Part shown: in pieces, positions 38,196 through 51,374 of the stretch
Layout: each line of letters starts with the position of its first letter
How positions within the stretch are numbered: position 1 is the stretch's first letter
Assembly: GCF_006345805.1 (NCBI RefSeq)
Contig: NC_043016.1
Span: 13,950,001 to 14,014,000 of the forward strand
Reading direction: 5' to 3'
Source: Octopus sinensis
Lineage: Eukaryota
DNA length: 64,000 bases
Translations under genes and position numbers: made by a program
The notes under the pieces: generated by a model
The model's database searches: none
The model's input: only the letters and a program-made list of their open reading frames with translations
What the model was told of the DNA's origin: nothing

Positions 38196-39290
38196 ATCAT
38201 CATCATCATCATCATCGTTTAACGTCCGTTCTCCATGCTAGCATGGGTTGGACGGTTCGACCGGGGATCTGGGAAGCCAGAAGGCTGCACCAGGCTCCGG
38301 TCTTATCTGGCAGTGTTTCTACAGCTGGATGCCCTTCCTAACGCCAACCACTCCGTGAGTGTAGTGGGTGCTTGTATATATTATACAATAGATATATCTT
38401 CAGAGGATTAATAAAAATATTAAAAAGATCCTGCTTTAGAAGTGTATTTATCTGAATCTGTTAAATGTAATTTAATTCTTTATTTTTTATACTTTATTTT
38501 ATATCTTAAGTATATATTTAGAGTGTCTACAGAAAATCCAGAAATCTGACACCCTTCCAATTCTTAGTTTGCCAGGTAATTGGTCTGCCACCGTATTGTC
38601 TTTCACATTTGCAGAACTCGGATACTGCTTTTTAATATTTAAGAGAAAAAGAATATAATTCTCAAAGTAAACAGTAAGAAATGGTGAAAGAAGAAAATAA
38701 AGAGGAAATCAGTAAATAGATAATCGAAATAGAGATATGTATACCCATTGAATCATTCATCATGCCAGGAGAAACAAGGGCTCATCAGCATCAGCATCAT
38801 TATCATCATCGTTTAACGTCCGTTTTCCATGCTGGCATGGGTTAGACAGTTTGACTAAGCACTGGTAAGCCAGAAGGCTGTACCAGACTTCAGTCTGATC
38901 TGGCAAAGTTTCTACAGGTGTATGCTTTTCCTAATGCCAACCACTCCAAGAGTGTAGTGGCTGGTTTTTACATTTCACTGACACAGGAGCCAATCAGGTG
39001 GAACTGGCATCAACCACATTCGGATGGTGCTTTTTACATGCCACCAGCACAGGAGCCAGTCAGGGGGCACTGACATCGACCACGCTTGAATGGTGCTTTT
39101 TACGTGTCCCACTGGCATGAGGGCCAGTCAGGCAGCACTGGCATTGACTACGCCCGAATGGTGCTTTTTATGTGCTACTGGCACGGGACCAGTCAAATAG
39201 AACTGGCATCAGTCACACACAAATGGTGCTTTTTATGTGCCACTGGCATGGGGCCAGTCAAGTGGCATTGGCATCGACCACGCTCGACTG
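38196..39290 (-). mobile_element. Two RTE tail copies (38196-38374 young; 38805-39290 with internal repeat units)
   Basis: Reverse-complement tail consensus. Confidence 0.8.
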
Positions 39291-39439
39291 TTTAAAAATT
39301 TTTAGATACTCCAAAACATTCATGACAGTATTGTTGGTGATTGCAAGTCTGAGACAGTGGAACAGCCAGGCACCAGGATAGAACTTCATCTGGTACATCA
39401 GTTGAAACAAGATACTAAGGAAATGAAAACATTAACCTT

Positions 39440-41200
39440 GCCAGTGGTCCCAGCTTCTATCAATATCATTAAAAAAAAACCCATAAGTTTAATCATTTAA
39501 CAGATATAAAGTATTTCAGTGTCTTATTTCATTCAGTTATGGATTCATTGACCTCAGTCACAGCATTAACAATATGTGATGGAGTAAATGAGTTTCTTAT
39601 GATGGTGTCCCATATGAGATATCTGTATTTTGTCTGAGAGTAAAGGGTAAAGAGGCTTCTTCCCATTATCCTTATTGACTCCCTTATCTTGTTGACTCCG
39701 GGATTGAGGGAATATATATTCATTCCAATTAGGGTTTGTTTAATAATCAGGTTTATCTCTTTATGGTAAACAATGTGACTTGCATTTAGTCAAGATGACA
39801 ATCCATGAAGACTTCTGGAATCAATGAGCATAGAACAAAGACACCTCAATCTGCCATATATCAACTTCATATCTGGAGTGGATGTGATGCAGACCTCAAC
39901 AGGGCTAATTAAGGCACTGGTATTATCTAAAGGAAAGCATAAAGACTGAACAGCAAGAGAGTTGTGCTTTGGCTGCAAAATGTCCCAAACTCTCTGGGTT
40001 GAATCTCCCCACTCTGGAAGTAACGATTCTAGTAAATTCCACAGTTGTAGAACTTCATCCACTTCCCTTCAAGAGTTAGTCCATGTCAGGAAAGTAAGAG
40101 TACTGTCTGCCAAAGAGGAGTAAGCTTGACTGAAAGAGAGAGAGCAAGGAGGAAATTGACAAGAACATTTAAATTAGCCCCTTCCTCACTGATTCGGCAA
40201 CACTGCCTGAGCAGAAGATACTGATGTGAGCTTAACATTGATTAAGGTTTTGAATTTTTCTTGAATTGAATCATCAAAGTGTTGTAGAAATAGTAAGAAT
40301 CTGACCAAGGGACTAGCCCTTACAATGTAAACTAGCTTGGAGATAAATGATAGTAAAAAGAAATCTTGATAGAACACAATTAATGTTGGTGTTTTTCTGT
40401 CATTGTTTGTATTTTGTCATAGGAAAAAATAAATTAAAAGGCAAAATAAGAAATTGGGAATCCAAGGGAAGTCCATGCCAATGATGGAGAAACCATGATG
40501 ACAAGGGCAAGAGGAGGGGATTTGATGAACAGATCCACCATAGTGTGCCATTGTGAAGATAAATAACCATTCATCTTTGCAATACCCAAAATTCACATTT
40601 GGAACTATTTGCTTCAAGACTCCTACAATTGAATTTATGAGTCACTAACAACAATCGCTCATGCAAATAATACAAGACTAAGTTGCCTTTTCTGAAATCC
40701 TGAGACAGAAAACAAAATATGTGCCACTTGCTGATGGGTAGAGGGCTCTAGATAAGCCTCCAAAGTAAAGTGGTAGAGCTTTGGAATCCTCTCTTTCACT
40801 AAACTGAGAATGACAACAGCAGGACTCCCTGGCTGAAAGGGTGCAGATTCCAAAGAGTGGTGATAGAGGCCTTTGATAAACATGCTTTTGATGTGTGGCA
40901 CCAGCAGATATGGGATGGAGATCACCATCAGGTTTAAAGAGACCAAGTAGCTGAACACCAAACAACAAACACTGTATGTAGGGGAGTTTACTCTCTGAAG
41001 AAGAAAATTTATTCACTGACTGCATGAGACAATCCAAATCTTCAAGGCCAACATTACCACCTGACAAAGGAAATGTCATCATTATGACTGTAAATGTGGT
41101 CTGATAACATTTGCTACAAGATTGTGGGGTGGAGTGAAGACCATCAATTCCAGGACCAGACCCAACAGGAAAAGAACTGATTGCCATTTTGACATTATCA
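39440..41200 (-). mobile_element. CRE-clade-like LINE relic (RT through RLE)
   Basis: LLGLFKPDGDLHPISAG (RT), ISKLVYIVRASP...QAVLP, RCLCSMLIDSRSLHGLS (zinc finger) and YLIWDTIIRNSFTPSH (RLE) in colinear order. Confidence 0.7.
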
Positions 41201-42110
41201 AGGGTCTTAAATACCCTAGTGGCTTAAGCCATTACAATCAATCTGCTGAAGGGGCAGGTGGGTCTTTCCTTCTCAAATGATTCAAACGGACCCCACATGA
41301 ATTTGAAAGAAAAGAGGGAAGGTAGACCGCTCCTTTGATGTCATTGAATTTAGCATTGTTTGTAAAATGTTTGTTGTTTTTGTTCAGCACTAAGTCAGTC
41401 CTGACCAAGTAGGCCTATGGTTGAATACATTACAACCATGACCATCACTTCCAACCATTTTTTTTTCAGGCAAATTGTACTTCAAACTACATTGTTTAAT
41501 GTACCCTATTTTTAAATTGGCAGGTTGTAGCTTGAGGGGTTTTTGTTTTGCTGTCATTTCTAGCAGTATGAGAAAACGTAGGGGCTTCTTTGATGGATTT
41601 TATGTGCATTGTATGCGATTGCCTTCCTGGAATATAGTTTGGGATGCATTTTGTTGTGTTATTTGGTGTTTGTATTCTTATGTCTTTAATTGTTAACTTT
41701 ATTTAACATGATTATAATAGTTTACACAGGTGGCAGGAGGTAGATTTCAAATTAAAAGTTATCTCTGGAATTACAAAGGAGAGAAAAAGATCTTCTTGCA
41801 CAGGCATTGCACGATAACAACATTGATTAAGCTTCGTGCAATGGCCATACTCGATAACGAGGGGGCAGCCACCATGTTTGTATGTATGTATGTATGTATA
41901 TATGTATGTATGTATACATGTATGCATGTATGTATGTTTAAATTCTACAGCATAAAATTATTTATTTAGAACTCCATGTGCACACTCTCACAAAATAGAA
42001 AACTGATGAGGAATTCAAGTATTATAAAATACTTCTTCCCATAGTAAAAAAGATCTCAAAATACATAAGAAAAATTGGAGAGTGAGTTCATAAGGTGGTT
42101 TAATATTACC

Positions 42111-42194
42111 ATCTTACATGTATTTCTTTAACAATTATATCTGTTATATAAGGTGAAACCTTATAAACAAAGGCATCATGAGATCTTCAGAGAT
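42111..42194 (-). ncRNA. Highly degenerate hammerhead-like motif at the end of a possible Penelope-like relic
   Basis: ATCT-CTGAAGA-(long hairpin with tataagg/ccttata)-GAAA-T-acat-G-TA-AGAT. Confidence 0.3.
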
Positions 42195-43699
42195 TACATA
42201 ACAAATGTGAATTACCCTAAAGTTTATAATGCATATTATACGGTGTTATGATATCAACAAACATAACTACAATTTGTTGATACCATAGCACTGTCCGATG
42301 TTCATTATAAATCATAAAGGTTATTTACATTTGTTATACAATTTCTGAAGATTTGATGATATAATCTGCTAATAAGTTTTTACAGCTCTTTTCTGTTGCT
42401 GTCACAGTTCTTGAAATTTTAAAATTAAGTGAAAATTTTCAAATTTGTAATATTAATGTAATTTTTCATGCTGAATCTGATCTTGTTATTCACATGTTCT
42501 AGAAAAGTTTTAGAAAAATGCTACAGAGGTTTCAAATGTGATAATTTTTACCCAGTCAGAAAACAGGATTTGGAAGTAGGCATTTTGTACATGATAGCTG
42601 ACTAGCACAACATTACACTGACAATGAAAACAATATTCTACCACAATGAAAACTGTGAGAAGTTTTGAAGTATTAGTAATTTTAAATGAATAAAGTCATG
42701 TGAAACATTGTAACAGGCAATGAAATTTTCTTTAGGCAAAAAATTGCACAAAAGACAAATTGTACATTATACTATTGTAGTTCGGGTCATGTAAACAATT
42801 AATACATTTTTTGTTACAAAATTTCATAAGACATACTCTAGGAGTTTCTCCTCAAATAAATTACAATTTTTGTATCTCCTGTGCAGTGGCATCTCTTAAA
42901 TAAAATTAGTGGGGGGTGCTGCTTCAGAAAATTTTTAGCCATTGTTTTAATATTGTGTAAAAGGAAACAAACATATAAAAAGAAAATTTATACATAAACT
43001 TGATCGGTTTGCATTTTAGCCACTGCCGGGTAGTGTGTTTAATTTGTTCATTGAACACTGCTACGAATTCCCCCTTGTTTTTCAAAAATTCCTCCTAAAT
43101 CACAAAATAATGGGGTGGGGATGTGCCCTATTTTTCAAATCCTGACAGCAACATTGAAGCAGGATAATCTAATTCTACACTTTATCACATTCAAGAATAT
43201 AAATTAAGCATAACACACACACAGTCAAAAAGAAACACTACCTTTCACCTGGTACAGCCATTCATGCAGTGCTCTCTCTCACCCTAGTGTGAAGCTTCCT
43301 ATCTCGAATGTGAGCATGCACACAACAGCAAAAAGAAAAAACACATTGCTGGAACTGTGAAGTGCATAGTTCTATTCAAGGATTTTTGTATTTTTTTCAT
43401 TAACTAGGGGATGGTTACTGACCAAGGATTATACAATATACATGTATAAAGAAAGAATTAAAGAAAAAAGGACTCATTATATTAAATGTTATCAACAATA
43501 TCGAGTGGAAATAGGGGGTGCTGCAGTTCCACAGTTCCTATACACAAGCCACCACTGCTCCTGCACCACTTAAACTTGCAGAGATATGAACCATAGAGCA
43601 GTGGCTCCCACAGTGTCATTTATTCACTTGTTTCACTCTTGCCTATGTACTGTTTCTACTTGTATGTGGGTACCATCTTTGGAATTAGTAAACTCTATG

Positions 43700-44050
43700 T
43701 TGTGGTTCACTGTTCTATGCCAAAAATTATAACCATCAATTTCAGGAATGTGAGAGTAGGCCCTCAACAAGTCACTAAAAACTGGTTCTTGGAAGAATTG
43801 ACTGACATATGCATTCCTCTAGTGTGTTGTGATTCCAACATGGCACTGCATAAAGAAAAACCTGCCTGGTTTCGCAACAAACTCCTCCAAAAAACCTACT
43901 GATCAGGTAGCAAGCACCCTTCCTCAGTTATATTCACATCTTCAGAAGACTGTTTCATTTACCTCAACAATCTTCCAAGCAGGTCCTCCGCACATATGTC
44001 ACAAACAGCTTTTGTAATCAACAGCTGTGCAGTGGCTGAACCCCTTTTCT
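43700..44050 (+). mobile_element. Possible L1/Tx1-type APE endonuclease relic
   Basis: MPKIITINFRNVR resembles the APE N-terminus; weak support beyond that. Confidence 0.3.
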
Positions 44051-44846
44051 TCAACACAAAACAACTGAAATGAGGTAATACAAACATTCAGAAAATAGGG
44101 ACTTGTCAAAGGAAATAGACAAGTTAAAGCAATACACATAGTTGTAGTAATTTAAGCAGACTATTTGGTTTTATTCTATGGAAACAGGCACCTGTATATC
44201 TGTGATTTTCAATTTGCTAAAATTATCCAATATTTGCAAACTTTAAAAGTTGCTGGCTCTTTATTTATCAATTTATGGAAAAATGTTCATCCTTACCAAT
44301 GAGAAAGACTGTTATCTACTTGCAGTTCCTCATATTCACAGTTTCCATATCAGTGTTAGAGGAAATAAAATGATTCCTCCCCAAGCCAGAGAAAAGTTGG
44401 CAATAAAAAGTAGCACTGCAAGAGATCTGAGTAACAATGGTTGACTGTTGGCAAGGACCACAGCCACAGGATCAAGGATGTGTGGCAATTTGTAGCTGAG
44501 CCAAAGTTTCAGGATTTGAGAGAGATAAGAAAAAAATATCCAGGAAGGTAACCATTTTTTTGTCTTCTTATCAATTGCTACAATAACAGGATTGAAGGTT
44601 GGATGTTTGAATATTTTTGCTGACCTGGGGATGTTTGCAACTAATAATGTTTCTTTGCTTTTCTTAATACTTGGGATGTTGAAAACATAAGTAAATATCT
44701 GTATGTATCGTATGGCAACCAGTTTTATTCATGGGGCTGATTGACAGTGAAAAACTGGAAAAGTTATAAATCCGTCAGTTGCTGAAGTACTGAAGGTCTT
44801 CAAGTTGTTTTCATACTTTATGAATTAGTTATTCAGGGATTATTAA

Positions 44847-45154
44847 CCCCTTACCCAACAATTATTTTCAAAATAAATGTATTTTTTCAGACATATTTTT
44901 TAATTGTTTTATTTTACTATGTTTTGAATGGTGATTTCGAGGTATATTTCAAACCTTATTTATTATGAATTTTAATTCAATAATATTGATTTTAAATTAC
45001 CGCTTTGGGCAGAAACGAGTTAACCCGTTTTTAGACGAAGGAACTCGTTTGCTGTCGATTTTGGCGAGTCTATCTTTTGACGAGTTAACTCGCCAGAGAT
45101 AGAAAAAAATGATTTCGGTCAAAACGCATATATTCGTTTCTGCCGGGTAAGGGG
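44847..45154. mobile_element. piggyBac-type MITE
   Basis: TTAA|CCCCTTACCC...GGGTAAGGGG|TTAA, 10-bp perfect TIR. Confidence 0.85.
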
Positions 45155-45382
45155 TTAAGAAAGCTTCAAGCTTTAATGTAGGCTTTACGACCAAAGCATT
45201 TCCTTTTAGGGAGCAGAAAACATTTTAATCTTAAAAAAAAAAAAACCTGCACTGAAGAAGTGTTTACATATGTGAGATACACTTACATATTTTGCTGAAT
45301 GAAAATGTAAGACGATAAATAAGTAATCAAATAACTGCTTGGTAAACAAACCTTCGCTACCAATAATGTTCATCTAAGCACT

Positions 45383-45566
45383 GGCGTGACTATAGGTGCA
45401 GGTGTGACTGTGAGGTAAGAAGCTGGCTTCCCAACCATATGGTTCTGGGTTCAGTCCCACTGTGTGGTACCTTAGGCAAGTGTCTTCTACTATAGCCTCA
45501 GGCCCACCAAAGTCTTGTGAGTGGATTTGGTAGACAGAAACTGAAAGAAGCCTGTCGTATATATAA

Positions 45567-45597
<31 letters not shown>

Positions 45598-45845
45598 TGT
45601 ATGTATGTATGTATGTATGTATGTATGTATGTATGTATGTATTTGTGTGTCTGTATTTGTCCCCCACCATCGCTTGACAGCTGATGTTGGTGTGTTTATG
45701 TCCCTGTAACTCAGCAGTTCAGTAAAAGAGAATAAGTACTAGGCTTACAAAGAATAAGTCCTAGGGTCAATTTGTTCAACTAAAAGCAGTGCTCCAGCAT
45801 GGCTGCAGTCAAAGGACTGAAACAAGTAAAAGAATAAAAGAATAC
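45383..45845 (+). mobile_element. tRNA-derived SINE with internal (GTAT)n
   Basis: Same family as the SINE at 20350-23015, here uninterrupted. Confidence 0.85.
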
Positions 45846-45899
45846 ACACAATCATGTGTAGTACCCCTCAGAACCTGCACTCTATATACGATCTTCTTG

Positions 45900-47640
45900 G
45901 AGGCTTAAGAATTCTGTGAATGGTCAGAGATTTAGAGACATCCTAATTGAAGCACTTAACAAGAAGTTGGAGGAGTTACAGACATGTAACATAGAGGACA
46001 ATCAGAAGTTCCTACAGGACAACTTACTGAGTACCACAAACCAAATCTGTGACTGGTGCAAAGTCCTGACCAGACGCAGGATGACGTGATGGTGGAACAG
46101 TGTAGTTGACAGGGCCATTAAAGTGAAGGCCTAGAAGGATTGGGAAAATGGTGGAAACAGAGAACTATATCAGGTAGATAGAAAAGAAGTTAGAAGACAC
46201 TTAGACAGGAAAGAAACAGAAAGAAAGAAGGTTTCCAGTGTCCTGCAGCAGGAGGCCCAGAAGCTTGAGGGGTTTGGGATTTGCAAGACAGTGTCAGAGA
46301 AAGCCATGATGTTGTAGGAGAGAAGCGTGTTCACATGAGTGATGGCTCATTTGTAGTTATGGATCCTGCAAAGAAGGTGGTTTAGAAGTGCCACTATGAA
46401 AGGTTGCTAAACATGGAGAATGAATGAGAGAAGGAGAGCCTGCTTAATGTGGGCCCAACAGAGGGACCAGCTATCTGTATTGACAGTAGCTTAGTATATA
46501 AAGTAATTAAGAAGATAAAGACAGGGAAAGCCCTCAACCCATCAGGAATCACCACTGAAATCCTTAATTTAGCAAAGACTAAAGTCCTAGTAAGTAGGAA
46601 AGTAGATGAATCACTGGTCCTTTCAGAGAAATGGCCCTGCTTAATATGTAGAAAAGGTGTCGGTAGAAACTCCATAAAGTGTACCCAGTGCAAGCTATGG
46701 ACATATAAGAGGTGCAGCAGTATCACATGATGGTCAGCAGAAAAAGGAGTCTTTGTGTGTGGCAGATGTGCAGGTACATTAAACATGAGAAATGTCTGGG
46801 ATGATCTTTTAGAAGTAGCAGACAGTTTCCATTACTTAAGCAACCAAGTTAGCTGTGGAGGAGGAAGTTCTGAAAGTGTAGATGCTAGAATAAGAACAGG
46901 CTGGGCAAAAGTTTAGAGAGCTGCTATTTCTGCTGGTAACAAAGATCTTCTCCTTCAGAGTGAAAGACAGGTTGTATGATGTCTGTGTATGAACAGCTGT
47001 GCCACATGGCAGTGGAACATGAGCTGTGACTACTGAGGACAGGTTTGAAAGAAATGAAGCCAACAAGCTCCACTAGATGGCAGGGTGTGCATATACTCTG
47101 TATATGACTTAAGAAAAAATTGGATATTAGGGGCGCCAAATGTACTGCGCTGGTATGGTCATGCGATGTATATGGATGAGAACAGCTGCATCAAGAAGTG
47201 CTAATCTCTAATTGTGGAGGAACTGTATGAAAGAGGTAGACCAAGGAAATTGGTGAGAAAGGACCATCAGACCTTAGGCCTCACAAAGATGTCAAGGAAT
47301 TGAGACTTCTGTCGATTTACTATGCTTGAGAAGACATGTCAAGCTAAGCAGAATTGTGGCTGTCCATACGTACAGGCATTTCCTCTACATCCCTCTCTCA
47401 ACTGAGAGGTCCCAGTTTTGCAGGCTTGCAGATGCTGGTGCCATGTAAAAGCACCTGTGCTGATGCTACACAAAAGCACCTATGCTGAGGTTACATAAAA
47501 CCATCCAGTACATTCTGTAAAGTGGTAGGTATAAGGAAGGACATCCAGCCATAGAGGCCATGGCAAAACAGACAAAATGGAGCCTGGGCATCTCTCCAGC
47601 TTTGTCAGCTCCTGTAGGATGGAGAACAGTTCTTAAATGG
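45900..47640 (+). mobile_element. Internally deleted RTE relic
   Basis: GPTEGPAICIDSSLVYKVIKKIKTGKA...WPCLICRKGVGRNSIKCTQCKLW; the RT core is missing; tail present. Confidence 0.8.
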
Positions 47641-48385
47641 TGGTGGTGGTGGTGATGGTGGGGGTGGTTTTCTTTTACTTGCTATCATAACATTTCCTGT
47701 CTCAGCCTTTTAATTCTATATTATATACTTTATCCAGTTCTTCCTTTCCCAGAACTGTATTAATTTAGAATTCATTCTTTATTTGTTAACTTAAGCTTTC
47801 GTGTGTGTGTGAAACCAAGAAAAATTATATATTGTTTTGATTTTCCTCCACTCTACTGGAATTTTTTATGCAAAGGGTAGTTTTCTTCTTGAGTACAGAA
47901 AACGTGAATGTATGACTGTAAGAACCAAGAAAACAAATACAGAATGGTCTCCAATAGTTACAATTTCTAAAACCATTTTCAAACAGAGAGACAAGTGCTG
48001 TAAAAAAAAAAAAAAATCTTAATGGTGATGTATTACTTCAACATTGACACTAAACAGAAAATGAGATAATATATAAAATTAAAAAAACCTCAGCGATGAC
48101 TAATGGACCTTCATAGGAAAAGCTATAAATCTAATAAGATGTAATTTAATTGTTGTAACAGTATTTAGGTAAATAATCTCATTATTATAAAACATAATGT
48201 CAGTGAGAGACAGTGATTGGTGTCTAAAAGTAAAGAGCGTGGAAGACTTAGTAAATTATGTACATCGTACAGTGCAGCAGGTCTAATGAGGCGGGATTTT
48301 GTGTCAATAAAATGTTTCATTATGGCAGCAGTAACAGCAGCAGATTAAGCAGCATGAGGAGCAATGCTAGTGGCGACTTAAGCAC

Positions 48386-48512
48386 CTACTACTACTGCTG
48401 CTACTACTAATACTACTACTACTACTACTAATGCTACTGCTGCCACTACTACTACTACTACTAATGCTACTGCTGCCACTACTACTACTAATGCTACTGC
48501 TACTACTACTGT

Positions 48513-48555
<43 letters not shown>

Positions 48556-48665
48556 GCTACTGCTACTGCTACTACTACTACTACTACTACTACTGCTGCT
48601 ACTGCTACTACTACTGCTACTAATGCTACTGCTACTACTACTGTTACTACTACTACTACTACTAC

Positions 48666-48728
<63 letters not shown>

Positions 48729-48743
48729 AGCTACTACTACTAC

Positions 48744-48803
<60 letters not shown>

Positions 48804-48818
48804 AGCTACTACTACTAC

Positions 48819-48854
<36 letters not shown>

Positions 48855-48856
48855 TG

Positions 48857-48888
<32 letters not shown>

Positions 48889-48934
48889 ACTACTACTACT
48901 ACTACTACTGCTGCTACTACTGCTGCTGCTGCTG

Positions 48935-48967
<33 letters not shown>

Positions 48968-49026
48968 ATGCTACTGCTACTGCTACTACTACTGCTGCTG
49001 CTGCTGCTACGACTACTACTACTACT
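48386..49026. repeat. 640-bp compound (CTA)n/(CTG)n trinucleotide repeat
   Basis: Direct observation; source of the poly-Ser, poly-Leu and poly-Val ORFs. Confidence 0.98.
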
Positions 49027-49039
49027 GAAACGTACATAC

Positions 49040-49465
49040 GAGTGAGCGCACACGTGTGTATGCATGTTGATATGTACGTATATACATATGTATGTATGTA
49101 TGTATTTATGTGTGTATGTATGTGTGTGTCTGTGTGTGTATGTATGTATGTGTATATGTATGAATGTGTGCATGCATGTATGTATTGTATGCGTATATGT
49201 ATGCATGTGTGTATGTATGTATGTATGTATGTATGTATGTACGTATGTATGTGTCTATGCATGTACGTATGTATGTGTATATGCATGTAAGCATGCATGT
49301 ATGTGTGCATGTATTTTGTATGTGTGTGTGTATATATGTATGTATGTATGTGTGTATGTTTGTATGTATGTATGTACATGTTTGCATGTACATATATATT
49401 TATTTTTATATGTATGTATGAACATATGTGTATATGTGTGTGTTTGCACATATATATATATGTAA
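49040..49465. repeat. Degenerate (GTAT)/(GT) microsatellite
   Basis: Direct observation. Confidence 0.95.
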
Positions 49466-49667
49466 GTGCCTGTATCATCATCACAATCATCATATAACAT
49501 CTGCTTTTCATGCTGACATGGGTTACATGGTTCAGCTGGAACTGGTAAGCCAGAGAGCTGTTCCAGGCTCCAGTTTCATTGGTTTCCACAGCTGGATGCC
49601 CTTTTTAATGCCAACCACTCCAGGGGTGTAATTTTAATGAAACTCTTTTGATCCATATATATATATA

Positions 49668-50334
49668 CTAGCATTAAAGACCCATCGTTGCCGGGTCATA
49701 GTGCTAGTGCATGTATATATGTGTATATATATGTGTATATATATGTGTACATATTACATGTACATCTATATATATACATCTACACATAAAATACAAAATA
49801 CAAAGTTATATATTGATATCGCTAGTTATAACAATACTCAAAATATATAACAGACTGGAATTGTTAGCCCATCTCTTGTAATTTCGATCAATTGTATCTT
49901 GTCCTCCCTCTTGTATAGAAGTGTGGCTACAATCCACAATTTTTTCCGGGACGTCCTACATCCCAGATATAAAGGTAAGAATAAAATATTTCCACTTTGC
50001 AAATTTGAGTCAAGTACTCCCTTACACGCTCCGTTGACTCGAACCTTGCTTCTATTGTGACGAATTTACCGCCTCTGATTAGATACCTTTCATAGTCGCA
50101 CCAAGACACTTTTCGAAAGTGCTTTCCTCCATGTGTTCAAATCTTTTTTCTCTACATTGTATACTTTATAGACAATAGTCTTTTCTTTAATTTAATTTTT
50201 GCCGATGACACTCCCCGTACCCTAAGTAAGGCATGCGTAAAATTTGAATGAAATTGGTTGTGTAGTTCTCAAGTTTTAGGGAAACACACAGACAGACAGA
50301 CAGACACACATTCTCAGTTTTATATATATAAAGA
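49668..50334 (-). mobile_element. Non-autonomous Helitron
   Basis: Minus strand starts TC (tctttatatatataaaactgag), has (TGTC)n near the 5' end, ends with hairpin gacccggcaacgatgggtc and CTAG, inserted at an A|T site. Confidence 0.85.
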
Positions 50335-50355
50335 TATATATATATATCAAACTAA

Positions 50356-50544
50356 GCAACAAGGATATCCAGAGGTAATGTAGTATGATCGTTTCATGCA
50401 ACTCCATTTAATTGAACAATGCAATCATTTCATTACATCAATTTAAAATGTAGAACATTTTAAATGATGTAATGATTTCATTGTTCAATTAAATGGAGTT
50501 GCATGAAACGATTGTACTGCATTACCTCTGGATATCCTTGTTGC
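50356..50544. repeat. Near-perfect 189-bp palindrome
   Basis: gcaacaaggatatccagaggtaatg... / ...cattacctctggatatccttgttgc, centred near 50450. Confidence 0.95.
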
Positions 50545-50709
50545 CTATTTTGATTTTAATCACCTTACTTTGAAATTGTATGGATAATACCGTACTAAAT
50601 TCTGGTGCCTCAACTTAAGTACCATATCCATATATATATATATATCAATGTACAGGTGAGGATATAAACCTTGGGTATGCCTGCATTATTATTATTATTA
50701 TTATTATTA

Positions 50710-51248
50710 TTGAGTGAGAGAGCAGTTCATGCCATCAAAGTGACACTGGGGTAAAATATACGAAGCCCAATATACCCATCATGACTACCCGTCTAATAAA
50801 GGTACACCAGGCACATGCATCACAACCATATGTGCGCGACATGGTGATCTCATATCAAGATAAACAGCACATGACCTTGCAGGTGGGGCCCAATTAGAAT
50901 TTTCTTCAGGTTGAGTAGCCCATCCCACTCAAAAGGTCCCTGAATAAGGGTTGCTTTAGGATGTTGAACGAAACACCTATGTTTCCAGAGGTGAATTATT
51001 CAAACTCCAAAGAATCCCTCTCAACACATGGCCATGATGCTCCCCCACCACTTCTACTCGTGATCAGAGATGCACATATGGTCAGCCACTAAGGGACATG
51101 CTCAACTGGTTAAGGTCAAACAACTGACAAGCAAATCTGTGGTATTGAGCAGAATATTTGCTGTAGCCCATCTTTTATACCAAGACAAAACAATGTACAT
51201 GATAACACTTCCAATCAGTTAAGATCAGAAGCCATGAGAGCCACTGCC

Positions 51249-51250
<2 letters not shown>
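50710..51250 (-). mobile_element. Unclassified ~540-bp interspersed element embedded in (TAT/AAT)n
   Basis: Non-coding, more GC-rich block flanked on both sides by (ATT)n runs (50684-50710 and 51250-51390). Confidence 0.45.
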
Positions 51251-51326
<76 letters not shown>

Positions 51327-51328
51327 CA

Positions 51329-51374
<46 letters not shown>

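Noticed and set aside
42003-42045. CTGATGA followed by a hairpin (also near 13985 on the minus strand)
   Set aside because: No GAAA, helix III or cleavage triplet follows, so it is not a hammerhead.
48367-49589. 200-400 aa ORFs (poly-Ser, poly-Leu, poly-Val)
   Set aside because: These are translations of tri- and tetranucleotide microsatellites.
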